Assembly: GCA_038087875.1 (NCBI GenBank)
Contig: CM076001.1
Span: 1,984,001-2,048,000 of the forward strand
Reading direction: 5' to 3'
DNA length: 64,000 nt
DNA from: Malacoraja senta
Lineage: Eukaryota
The translations under genes were made by a program, and so were the position numbers. The notes below the pieces were generated by a model. It worked only from the letters and a program-made list of their open reading frames with translations, did no database searches and was not told where the DNA came from. This document shows, piece after piece, positions 12,846 through 23,924 of this stretch. Positions within the stretch are counted from its first letter, which is position 1. Every line of letters begins with the position of its first letter.

Positions 12846-13907
12846 CCGGAAGTGGCGGCACTGCCTGGCAGCTTCGGCTCGCCTGCAGTCCGTCTGTTTT
12901 TTCTTTTTTTTTGGTTTTCTTTTGTCTGTTTTAGTTAAAGTTTGTTACATTTAGTTTATTATGCTGAGTATGTGTGTGGGGGGGGGTGAGAAACCTGCTT
13001 TTAGTCTCTTCCTTCGGGGGGACGCCACTTTTTCTTGTCGTGTCTCCCGTCTCCGTCTCCATCTGCGCTGAGGCCTAATGGCGGAGCTGGCGGCCTCGGG
13101 CTGTGGCGGCGTTCTGGCGGCGGACCCGGCTTGGAGCTGTGGCTGTGGCGGCGTTCCGGCGTTCCGGCAGCGGCCCGACTTGGAGCTGTGGCTGTGGCTG
13201 CGTTCCGGCGGCGGACCCGATTTCGGAGGCTCGGCCGCGGGCCCAGTGGACGACATCGTCGGGAGCTCGCAGGTCACAAGTTGGTGACCTGTTTTTTCCG
13301 GAGCTCCCGCAACAGAGGGTAGTTGAGGCCAGTTCATTGGCTATATTTAAGAGGGAGTTATATGTGGCCCTTGTGGCTAAAGGGATCAGGGGGTATGGAG
13401 AGAAGGCAGGTACGGGATACTAAGTTGGATGATCAGCCATGATCATTTTGAATGGCGGTGCAGGCTCGAAGGGCCGAATGGCCTACTCCTGCATCTATTT
13501 TCTATGTACCTATGTAACAACAGCTTCGTCAGCTGGACTGGAGAGCGGCAGCTTCGGCAGCTTCGACCACCCCGGGCCGCGGAGTTTGAACCTGCCCGTT
13601 CGCGGAGCACGGTTGAGCCGCGGGACTTACTTACCATCACCCGGTGGGGTCACAACATCGAAGGTCCGGATCGCCTCAGCGCAGATGGAGACCAAGGAGG
13701 GAAGAGACAAAAATTATAAGACTTTTGCCTTCCATCACAGTGAGGAGGTGTCTGGTGAACTCACTGTGGTGGATGTAAAATTTGTGTTTATCGTGTGTTT
13801 TGTTCTTTTTATTATATGTATGACTGCAGGCACGAAATTTCGTTCAGACCGAAAGGTCTGAATGACAAGAAAGGATACTTTGACTTTGACTTTGACTTTG
13901 ACTTTGA
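12846..13907 (+). mobile_element. GC-rich SINE-like retroelement with a Rex1/RTE-type tail and (ACTTTG)n end, containing a nested CR1 fragment
   Basis: Absent from the homologous 3' flanks of genes 2 and 3. Internal tandem repeats at 13100-13220. Same hairpin and tail as 7293-8135. Confidence 0.75.
13316..13517 (+). mobile_element. 5'-truncated CR1 3' end with a 6-bp TSD (CAACAG)
   Basis: CR1 3' UTR sequence. CAACAG at 13310-13315 and 13518-13523. Confidence 0.8.
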
Positions 13908-14599
13908 AGTTCGCCTGTGTGGTTTGCCAGAGATCCATAATCGCTTTGCATTAATGTCCCACCTCCATTGTAGCAGCGCAGACGCTGCAGATGTGCCGAG
14001 GCGTAGGGCGGAGTAACTAAAGTGGGCGTACCAGAATCATTGTTTAAAACCCATATCAGTTCTGAGCGATTGCGTCGCAAGCATCTTTCTCCGTTTTCAT
14101 CGTAAGCATCACAAAGAGGAAGAAGCTCAAAAGCTTTCTTCTCAGGATCGAGGCCATCGCCTGTCGGCTTCCCCAGTAGACGACTTATTGGTTGTTCAGT
14201 TACCCACTGAGATAAAATGGAGAACGATGAAGTAAGCTTTCTATAAAAATGTAAACTAATAACGAAAGTAATTTCGGGACTAAATGTGTGTTCCTTCTGC
14301 TGCTTGTGCCAATTTTGATATTCATGGCAATCAGTGTCCATTTGTGATGAGGCGCCACCTTCCTCAGAAATATTTTCATAACTTGGTTTACCAACAAACC
14401 CTCCATCCGTTGAATTCAGCCGCCACGCCTTCACCTCTCAATGCCAATAGTTCCACTATTCCGGTCCTCGACGGTTTCACTTCAACAGACTTTTCTTCTT
14501 TAAAACCATCTCTGAATGTTCATGTAAGTACGCAGGACACAAATCTGCTTGATACAATGGTTATGAAATGATATGTCCTTATTTTCTCATGGGTGCTTT

Positions 14600-14880
14600 C
14601 CGTTTTCAGCATTGGTTGTGGGCCGAGCAACGAAAACGTGTCTAGAATTTAGCTTTCGTGACCCATGTCTCGGAACTACATGAAATTTTGCACATATTTA
14701 GATAAAATATAATTGAGAAGGAAGTCATAACTCGTCAATGCCAAAAGTTGCACATTAATTAATTAATTAAACTAATTAGAAAATGAGATTGAAAAGGTAA
14801 GCGCCATCTAGTGTGCAATGTCCATATTGCACGATGGGGGGAGGGGGGGGGGGGCTAATTCCGTACTGCGGTCTATTTAA
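14600..14880. mobile_element. Possible Helentron/HINE-like non-autonomous element fragment
   Basis: Motifs GGGCCGAGCA, CATGAAATTTTGCACA and GCGCCATCTAGTG resemble recalled HINE/DINE-type elements. Not verified by search. Confidence 0.3.
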
Positions 14881-15479
14881 ACCAGATATTATTATACCAC
14901 ATATATATACACATATATGACGTGTGGATATGACTGTTATCATATATAATTATGTATAATATCCACTCATGAATATAATTGTGAGTGGGTATTTTGAATG
15001 AGACTGCCGCAGAGATCCTATCCTGAACGAGCCTAATTAATGGGTGAGGGCAGTTTCTGTGGGTTCCCCCGTTCACTGAACCCCGCTGACTGCCAGTGTG
15101 CAGAGTGGGGATCACGACAATAGTGGGACTGGGTCAGTGCCAGGCTGGGGGAAGGTTAAGGCATCTTCCACTGACAGGAAAATGCCTAATGCCCCTGTCC
15201 CATTTAGGAAACCTGAACGGAAACCTCTGGTGACCTTGCGCCTCACCCAAGGTTTCCATGAGTCGCCAGAGGCTTTGGTCACTCGCCTGGAAAGCCTCGA
15301 TCGAAGCGGAGCTGCATCTACTGATCAAAGGTCCCACAGGATCATTGCAACCGACCGCACACACACACATACACACAAACACATCGCGAAGGTGGGGGCC
15401 AGGGACAGCGGAGGAGCGCTGTCTGCGCGCTGAAGAGGAAGGTAAACGGCTGCCACAGAGCACGGTAGGTCATTTATAG

Positions 15480-15635
15480 AGCGCGGGGGCGAGGGAGAGA
15501 AGGGGAGAGAAGGACAGAAAAGGGGAGAGAGAAGAGGGAGAGAAGGGGGAGAAGGGGAGAGAAGCGGAGAGAAGGGGGGGAGAGAAGGGTGAGAGAAGGG
15601 GTAGACGGGGAGAGAATGGGGAGAGAAGTAGTAGA
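15480..15635. repeat. GA-rich low-complexity tract
   Basis: Imperfect (GAGAAGGGG)n repeats. Confidence 0.85.
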
Positions 15636-15698
15636 GACAGTTTTAAGAAGTTTAATAAAGTTAGCGGGCATTTTACCTTCCGGCGGATCTTCTAGGTC

Positions 15699-15736
15699 CT
15701 GAAAACCAAAGATCCTATAGGATCTTTGCTGAAAAC
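15699..15736. mobile_element. 22-bp perfect palindrome flanked by an 8-bp direct repeat (minimal hAT-like TIR pair)
   Basis: CTGAAAAC (15699-15706) + CAAAGATCCTATAGGATCTTTG (15707-15728) + CTGAAAAC (15729-15736). Confidence 0.7.
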
Positions 15737-16411
15737 TTCAATGAGCCAATCAAAATGGCAGGTCAGCGAAGGAGATTGCCTTCGACTGCCTGTAAGTAAA
15801 CAGCAACCCGACTCCACTGGCTTCGACCAAACGGCAACCTATTTGTAGTCGAGTCCCGTTTTGATTTTGTTGAAATATTCTCAGGAACATAGAAGAGGTC
15901 TCGACTACGCGGAAACCACATTCGACCATTAGGGAGAGTGACCAAAACCTCCGGGAATCTCACGGAAACCTTGGGTGGGCGCAAGCTCACCAGAGGATTT
16001 CGTTCAGGTTTCCGAAGTGGGACAGGGGCTTAACCCTAACACTAACTCGCACCCCTTTCAGAGCTGCCCACGACTGGAGCTGGAGCCGCTTTGGGACCGG
16101 CTGTGGGCTCCGTACTTGTGGCCCCGCAGCGCGTCCACCTCGGCCAGCATGTCCTTTTGGATCATCATGGTGATGATGGTGGGGAGCAGCACTGCCCTGC
16201 ACCCCGCCCGGATAGCGCCGGCTCCGTCAGTCCGCCCGCTAGCTCGCTGCAATACCGACCTACCGCCAGCCGGACCGACCACTGGAACCACCCACCGGCC
16301 GCCCGTCCACTCGGAGCAACCACTGGCGGTCCGGCGGCCCGACGGTCCGAACGCCCGATCGATCCTCCACAGCATTCATCGGCCTACCGACAGATGATCG
16401 ACAGAATGATC

Positions 16412-16586
16412 GACTGACTGACTGACTGACTGACTGACCGACCGACTGACCGACGGACTGACTGACCGACCGACGGACTGACTGACCGACTGACCGACCG
16501 ACCGACCGACTGACCGACTGACTAACTGACTGAATAAGCGACTGACTGAACGACTGACTGATCGACTGACTGGCCGACTGACTGAC
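16412..16586. repeat. Compound (GACT)n/(GACC)n microsatellite
   Basis: Directly visible tetranucleotide repeats. Confidence 0.95.
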
Positions 16587-17889
16587 CCTAATCGTTATCC
16601 TAACCCTAGCTCTACATTTGTTATTTATCAATTTTATTTAACAGTACACATCATAACTTTATAAACATCAATCAATTAAAAAACAAAATGATCAGCAAGG
16701 TTAGCATTATCTTTATTCCTTGGAAACCTTGCTATTGTTAGGAGGCAGCCATGATCCCAGGATCCTCGCTGAGAAGCGACCATAAAACAAAGCGCGGGTT
16801 TTGTCAATTTGCGTCCGACCTCAATGTCAAACGTGCATTGATTGGTAAATTACTACTCGGAAAACTGGAGGTTTTTCCCATATTTGACGAGTTTCAGGTA
16901 TGATTTACATAATATTTTTACACAATATGTTAAAACATTAAGGTAGTTCCGTGAGGGGTCACGAAAATGAACGAAAAAGCTCCTTGGCCCACAGCCTAGC
17001 AAACGAATTAACTTTGCAGCAGAGGCATTTTAAACGAAATTTGCGGTGTTCATGCAAAGAAGCGTAACTACTGTAGCTATATATATTTAAATGTATGGAG
17101 AGTCTACCAGACAAGGATATCGCAGGAAGTGGTGTGCGCATTAAATATGTCTGCGTGGAATGTCATAATTCTGGGATCTTTCTGGCATTAATCACCCACT
17201 CACTCTGCGACAGTGAAGCCGATGCGAAGGGTGAATAACGTGGGCGTCATCAGCATCATTGCTAAAAATGAGTATCAGTTCTGCGCGGTTTCATCATGAA
17301 CATCATTCAAACCAGCGGGGGTGGGGGGGGGGGGTGGGGGTGGGTGGAGAGGCAGTGCATGGGGTGTTCTATGGGTTCGAGTGCTTCTCGGAATTAATAT
17401 ACATTTTGTCAATGCACTTTTTTTCATTTCGTTTTTAGTTTCGTTTTTAGTCACCTGCTAGCAGGTACAATGAAACGATTTTGTTGCGTGCTGACCAGTC
17501 AGCAGAAAGGCAATACGTGATTACGATCGAGCTATTTACAGTGTACAGATACATGATAAGAGAATTCGGTTTAGTGCAATGTAACGCCAGCAAAGACTGA
17601 TCATGGATAGTCCGATTTCAGATATACATTAGGATACGAGCGGATTAATAACGCACGACAGCTCTTTCAAATATTCGTTGAATAGTCTGCTTAAAAATAA
17701 GCTTTCGACAATATATGGGTTTGATGTCAGTTGTCCTTGCGATATATACGAAGTGCTAGAGTTACGCGATTGTGCACTTGGGAGGCCCACCTCTCAGCAT
17801 TAAGCAAGAGGCTGTGATGTCTGTTTTCAGCTAAATCGACACGTTCTTCATATTCATTAAATATTTAAACGTCTTTAAGAGGTCAAATC

Positions 17890-18690
17890 CGAATATTTAT
17901 ATTTTTCGACTGTGGAGCTGAACATCTGCAGTTGGAACGTTACTAGAGAGTATTCTGAGGTTTGGGATATACATTAATTTCGATGGGCAAGGTCTGATTA
18001 GGGATAGCCAGCAGGGTTTTGTACGTGGGAGGTCGTGTCTCACAAATCTGATTGAGTTTTTTGAAGGCACGACCAAGAATGATGAAAACGTCATAAATGT
18101 TGTAGAAAATGGACTTCAGAAAATAACTCGACAAGGTTCCGTTTGGGAGGCTGCTCTGGAATATTATACCGCATGGGATCCAAGGAGCGAAATCTGAATG
18201 GATAGAACGTTGGTTTGAAGGAATGAAGCAGCGGGTGATGGTGGAAGGTTGCTTCTCGGACTCTAGGCATGTGACTAGTGGTGTACCGCAGGGTTCGGTG
18301 CTTTGCCCGTTATTGTTCGTTATCGATATAAATGATATGTATGAGAACATACATGGCAACATTGGCAAGTTTTCTGATGACACAGTAGTGGGTGGTTGTG
18401 CAGACAGTGAAATATTTGTGGAAAAATTGCAGTATGATATTGATCGTTTGGCCAGTTGTGCTGAGGAAATTTTGAAGGAATGTAGTACAGATGAATGTGA
18501 GGTGTTGCATTTCACTGAATGAACTTAAAAGAGAAATAGATAGAGCTCTGGGGGGCAGCGGAATCAAGGTTTTTGGTGAGGAGGAGGCACGGGTTACTGA
18601 TTGTGGGTGATCAGCCACGATCACAAGGAATGGCGGTGCAGGCTCGAAGGGTCAAATGGCCTCCTCTTGCTCCTAGTTTTTATGTTTCAG
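17890..18690 (+). mobile_element. Old CR1 RT fragment plus CR1 tail
   Basis: VTSGVPQGSVLCPLLFVIDINDM...KFSDDT at 18223-18522. CR1 3' UTR at 18540-18690. Confidence 0.85.
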
Positions 18691-19004
18691 TTTTAATAAA
18701 TTGATTAGTTATTTCAATTTCACATGTCGCTCAACGAATAAATATTTATGTGAAACGGAAATGAACCAACCCCGTTACCTTCTGTCGCTGCGCTGAAACT
18801 CTAATAACAACTTTATTTATTTATTTAAATCTTTATTTCCAACAGAATAAAAGAATAAAAAGCAAGTGTGAAACTAAACAAAAATATTTATAAAGTGGCA
18901 TAAACAATATTTATAAATCAATGAAATCGTATGTGTCTGAAAAGGAGGAGGAAGAAGCCAAAGCTTATTAATTCCCATCCCTTATTCAACTGCTTATAAT
19001 TATA

Positions 19005-20765
19005 TCAAGTCAAGTGAGTTTATTGTCATGTGTCCCTGGTAGGACAATAATAATAATAATAATAATCATTTTATTTACTGGCGCCTTTCTAAAACCCAAG
19101 GACACCTTACAATGCATAGAATCACAACAAAACAAAAAAAACACATAATCGGAATAAATTAAATAAAAAAACACCACAGTACACAAATCAAGGACAGAAT
19201 TCAATTTCAAAAGCACCAAAAGAAAATAAGAAACACAATTTGAGGAGAGAGCAGCGTCCACTCTCCCCTCTGACCGCCATCTTGTACACGGACTGACAGG
19301 CACAGGCACAGGCACAGCACACAAAATCATCCCCCCACAATGACCACCACTGTGGGGGAAGGCACAATGTCCAGTCCCCAACCCAGTTCTCCCCAGAGTC
19401 AGGCCCAATGAGGCCTCCACAGTTGCCTCTACGGAGGCCCGATGTTCCTGGCCGTCTGGAGAGTCCTCGGAGCGGGTGGAACGGCCGGTTTCCCAGCGGA
19501 GTCCGTGGCACCTGAAGCCGACAGGGCCGCGCTGATTTGGAGCCACGAGGCTCCCGATGTTGGAGTCGGCGCCGCCGCCCGCAGCTGGTCGCTCCGCAGT
19601 CCCGCAGCCCGGAGGTGTTGAAGTCGGCGGTCCAGCTCACCGGAGCTCCAGCGCGTCGATCCAGCGCGGCGACCCAGGCAAGGCATCGCCCGCTACGCTC
19701 CGCGATAGCGCTCCAGCGCTGTGCCGCCACCGAAGCTGAAGGTGCTGGGCGGTCCCCGTCAGGAAACGGCGCTCCATGCCCGCTGGTAGGCCAGGAGGAC
19801 GGGTCGACGAGGCAGCCTGGAGAAAAAGCTGCCTCACCGACCAGGTAGGGACCTAGAAATAGTTTCCCCCTTATCCCCCCACATTAAAAGTTAAAAAAAC
19901 AAAAAACAAACAAAGAAATAAAAAACACTAAAACTAAAGAAACAGTGAATTTGACGGACGGCTGCTGTTTAGCAGCCGTTCCTCCAAGATGGCGGCTCCC
20001 ACAATGAAATTCTTGCTTTGCTTGAGCACAACAGAACATAGTAGGCATTTACTACAAGGCATTCTATAAATATATACACAATGGTCAATATACTGATAAA
20101 GTGCAAATAACAGTATTGGCTAGTAAAGTTCAGTGTAATGTCCGAGCCAGGTTTAATAGCCTGATGGCTGTGGGGAAGTAGCTGTTCCTGAACCTGGTCG
20201 TTGCAGTCTTCAGGCTCCTGTACCTTCTTCCTGAAGGTAGTAGGGAGATGAGTGTGTGGCCAGGATGGTGTGGGTCCTTGATGATGCTGCCAGCCTTTTT
20301 GAGGCAGCGACTGTGGTAGATCCCCTCGATGGAAGGGAGGTCAGAGCCCATGATGGATTGGGCAGTGTTTACTACTTTTTGTAGTATTTTCCTCTCCAGG
20401 GCACTCAAGTTGCCGAACCAAGCCACGATGCAACCGGTCAGCATGCTCTCTACTGTGCACCTGTAGAAGTTAGAGAGAGTCCTCCTTGATAAACCGACTC
20501 TCCGTAATCTTCTCAGGAAGTAGAGGCGCTGATGTGCTTTCTTAATAATGGCATCATTGTTCTCGGACCAGGAAAGATCTTCAGAGATGTGCACGCCCAG
20601 GAATTTGAAGCTCTTGACCCTTTTAACCATCGACCCGTTGATATAAACGGGACTGTGGGTCCCCATCCTACTCCTTCCAAAGTCCACAATCAGTTCCTTG
20701 GTTTTGCTGGTGTTGAGGGCCAGGTTGTTGTGCTGGCACCATATGGACAGTTGCTCGATCTCTCT
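19005..20765 (-). mobile_element. Rex1/Babar-type LINE 3' portion, split by an insert at 19049-20000
   Basis: ORF 20130-20687 (FKFLGVHISEDLSW...KKAHQRLYFLRRLRR...LPSGRRYRS). The tail AATTTCATTGT...CACATGACAATAAA is split by the insert. Confidence 0.85.
19049..20000 (-). mobile_element. Complete non-coding retroelement (about 950 bp) with an L2-type tail, (ATT)n end and a 5-bp TSD (ACAAT)
   Basis: ACAAT at 19044-19048 and 20001-20005. The 5' end GGGAGCCGCCATCTTGG contains a YY1-type motif. The 3' end is TGTAAGGTGTCCTTGGG...AAAGGCGCC...AATAAAATG(ATT)n. Confidence 0.75.
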
Positions 20766-21399
20766 TCTATACTATTATATTCTCTTCTAAATATTATACA
20801 TATTTAGCAGCTATATGTACACCATATGTACACCAGCAGCTATATGTACACCAAATTATTTACATTTATTTACAAAGCCATACAAAAAAAGAGAGAAAAA
20901 AAGTAAAAAGAAAAAAACCCTCATATACTATACAGTATCGCTTAGTCATATATGCAACCCATCACCCTATAATCACCCTTCCAAATACAATCAATATAAC
21001 AAATGTCCCACTCTGAGAGAGCGTCTGGATTTTCAACGTGCCATCGTGATGTCCCTTTTAGATAACCTGCAAGATCTATTACGTCCCGTTCCTTCGCTCC
21101 GTTCCATCTCCATGTACCGTGGACGAAAGATAATCAGGATTGCCATATTAACACATTGAGTTGAAAATCCCGACGACCAGCTCCAAGCTTGAGGGAATGC
21201 CATTTGAACAACCCCCCACCCAACACGCATCACCCCCTATCTCGTTGGGGTGAGATCAATGGACGTCATGTGACACGGGAAAAGGCAGAGCAATTCCCTC
21301 GTAGTCCGGGGAGCACGATCCATTGAAAGTAATGCTGACATATCCCATAATAACGAAACCACTTACCGGACGATTGCTGAGCGGCAAATAGCAGCTGCA

Positions 21400-23100
21400 G
21401 TTCGTGTATGCATGGGATGATGTTTGCGGATGATACGAAGGTGAGTGGATTGTCGGGCAATGTCCATGAAGCAGGGAGCCTGTAGAGTGACATTCACGGT
21501 TTGGGAGAGGGGGCAAATAAGTGACGACTGGAAGACCTGGAACCAAAGTGCTGCGGTAGAAGTAATGCATCGTGGTAGAAGTAATAAAGTCGAGGTCTAC
21601 TTTGCAAACGGGGAGAGTATTGAGAAACCGATTGTGAAAACGTACCGAGGAGTGCTGGTACGGGATTTCCAAACAGATATTTTGCAGTCTGTGTCGATAT
21701 TAAGGAAGGCAAATGCAATATTGCATTGATTTTGAGAGGACTAATATAAATCACGCTGAGGCTTTATAAGGCGCTGGTCAGGGTTCTCCTCGAATATGGT
21801 GAGCGGTTTTGTGCCCCACATCGGAGGAATGATGTGCTGGCGTTGGAGAGGGTCCAGAGGATGTTCACCAGAATGATTCCGTGGATGAAAGGATGAACGT
21901 TTGAGGAGCTCTGGGCCTGTAATCGCTGGAGTTTGGAAGGATGAAAGGGATTTTTTCCATCCAAACTTAGCGAATACCCAAAGGCCTAAAGGTTCCAAAA
22001 GCAGGAGAGTAGAGCAGCAGGGGGCATAGCCTCAGAATTAAAAGACGTACCTTTAAAACAGAGATGAGGAGGAATATATTTAACGATATGATGGCGAATC
22101 TGTGGAATTCATCGCCTCAGACGCCCGTGGGGGACAAATCGTTGGTTGTTTTTAAAGTGGAGATTGTAAGTTGCTTGACTAGTAAGGGCGCCATGGTTTT
22201 CGGATCAGCCGAGTGGCAGTGTGTGCTGCGAGGAGGATGCTATGAGGCTGCAGGCTGATTTGGATAGGTTGGGTGAGTGGGCAGGTGCATGACAAGTGCA
22301 GCATAACATGGATACATGTGAGGTTATCCACTTTGGTGGCAAGAATTAGAAGGCAGATAATTATTTGAATGGTGTCAGATTAGGAACAGGGGCGGCGCAG
22401 CGAGACCTTGGGGACACGAGTCACTAAAAGTAAGCATTAATCTTAAAGCAAGCAGTGACGAAAGCAAATGGCATGTTGGCCATAGCGAAATGATTTGTGT
22501 ATTGGAGCAAGGAGGACCTACTGCAGTTGTGCAGGGCCCTGCTGAGACGGCACCTGGAGTATTGCTTGCAGTTTTGGTCTCCTAATTTGAGGAAGGATAT
22601 TCTTGCTATTGAGTGAGTGCATCGCAGTTTCACCGGGATGTAATTCCCGGGATAGCGGGACTGACAGATGATGAAGAATAGATCGACTGGGCTAATAGTC
22701 ACTGGAATTTAGATGGATGAGAGGAAATCTTAAAGAAACATATAAATGGGCAGGCTAGTTCTAGAAAATATGTTCTCGATGTTAGGAGAGTCCAGAACCA
22801 GGGGGTCACAGTTTAAGAGTAAGGGGTAGGCCATTGAGGACTGATATGAGGAAAAGCCGTTTCACCCAGTGAGTTGTGAATCTGCGGCATTCTCTGCCAC
22901 AGAATGCAGTGTATACCAATTCACTGCATGTTTTCAAGAAATAATTAGATATAGCTCTCAGCGTTAGGGGAACCAAAGAATTTGGGGAGAAAGCAGGAAC
23001 AGGTTACTTATTTAGAATGATCAGCCATGATCATATTAAATGGCGGTGCTGGCTCGAAGGACCGAAAGGCCTACTGCTCCACCTATTTTATATGTTTCTA
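21400..23100 (+). mobile_element. Two adjacent CR1 remnants (older at about 21400-22190, younger at about 22200-23100)
   Basis: MFADDTK near 21420. Degenerate YKALVR/FCAPHR-like coding. The second copy ends in the CR1 3' UTR CCTATTTTATATGTTTCTATG. Confidence 0.8.
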
Positions 23101-23399
23101 TGCACGTATGTTACAGTGAGAAGGCATGAATGTTGGGTTGAAAGAGAAAATAGACCAGCCGTAATCTCGATGGGTTGAATGGCCAACTTCCGCCATTCAA
23201 TTTGACTCTGGCCGGCGCTGCCCCGATTTACAGATATACTGACCACCGTACCATACTGCCGTTATCCCTGCGCTCCGCACTGCTGTGGCTTCAAAGCGAA
23301 ATTGCCGTAGAATCGATGAGATTAGCTAGTGGAAGCGGACCCCCAAAATGAATCACTGTGTGGCAGCATTGTTATGCCTTTGTTGGAGCAGCTTCCACA

Positions 23400-23471
23400 A
23401 GACAGTTGGTGTAGTCGTTATGATTCAACTCTCTCACCGCCGCGGCCCGTGTTCGATTTCCGGTCAGCGAA
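23400..23471 (+). pseudogene. tRNA-Glu(CTC) pseudogene
   Basis: 72-nt ungapped match to vertebrate tRNA-Glu-CTC, including CTCTCACCGCCGCGGCCCG and GTTCGATT. The 5' acceptor strand is mutated and cannot pair. A TTTT follows 3'. Confidence 0.8.
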
Positions 23472-23924
23472 ACGCTCTTTTGCAATTCATAAAACTTGAT
23501 GGTACACTACATTGACCAACGCCCGCGACGGAAGACTTGAGTATCAGGGATGATGTCGTTCCGACAATGTCGCTGACAACTTCCACGAGTCTGAATGCTA
23601 GTGGAATTCACTTGAGATGATGTTATTGGGGAAAAATTCGAGAGTAAGTTATCAGCGCTAGTCTCCCCAACAGGCAACACATTCGCTTGCAGGAAATGCC
23701 CTTATAGACCACCATCTTCAGTTTGCATTATCTATAAGAGATGCAATGCGTGGCTTGCTGCACTCCCACAATTCAGGACATCAATGAACGTTACAAGCAA
23801 AATGGCGATTCAACATCATTTCCTCCAATCTAATCTATTATATTCGTTGTTAACAACGTGGAATCCCCTCTAATGAAGAAGCCAAATTAGATTAGTTTAC
23901 AGATGTCCCACAATTTCTCTCTTG

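Noticed and set aside
20780-21260. Possible Tx1/L1 C-terminal fragment
   Set aside because: The similarity is too weak to support without a search.
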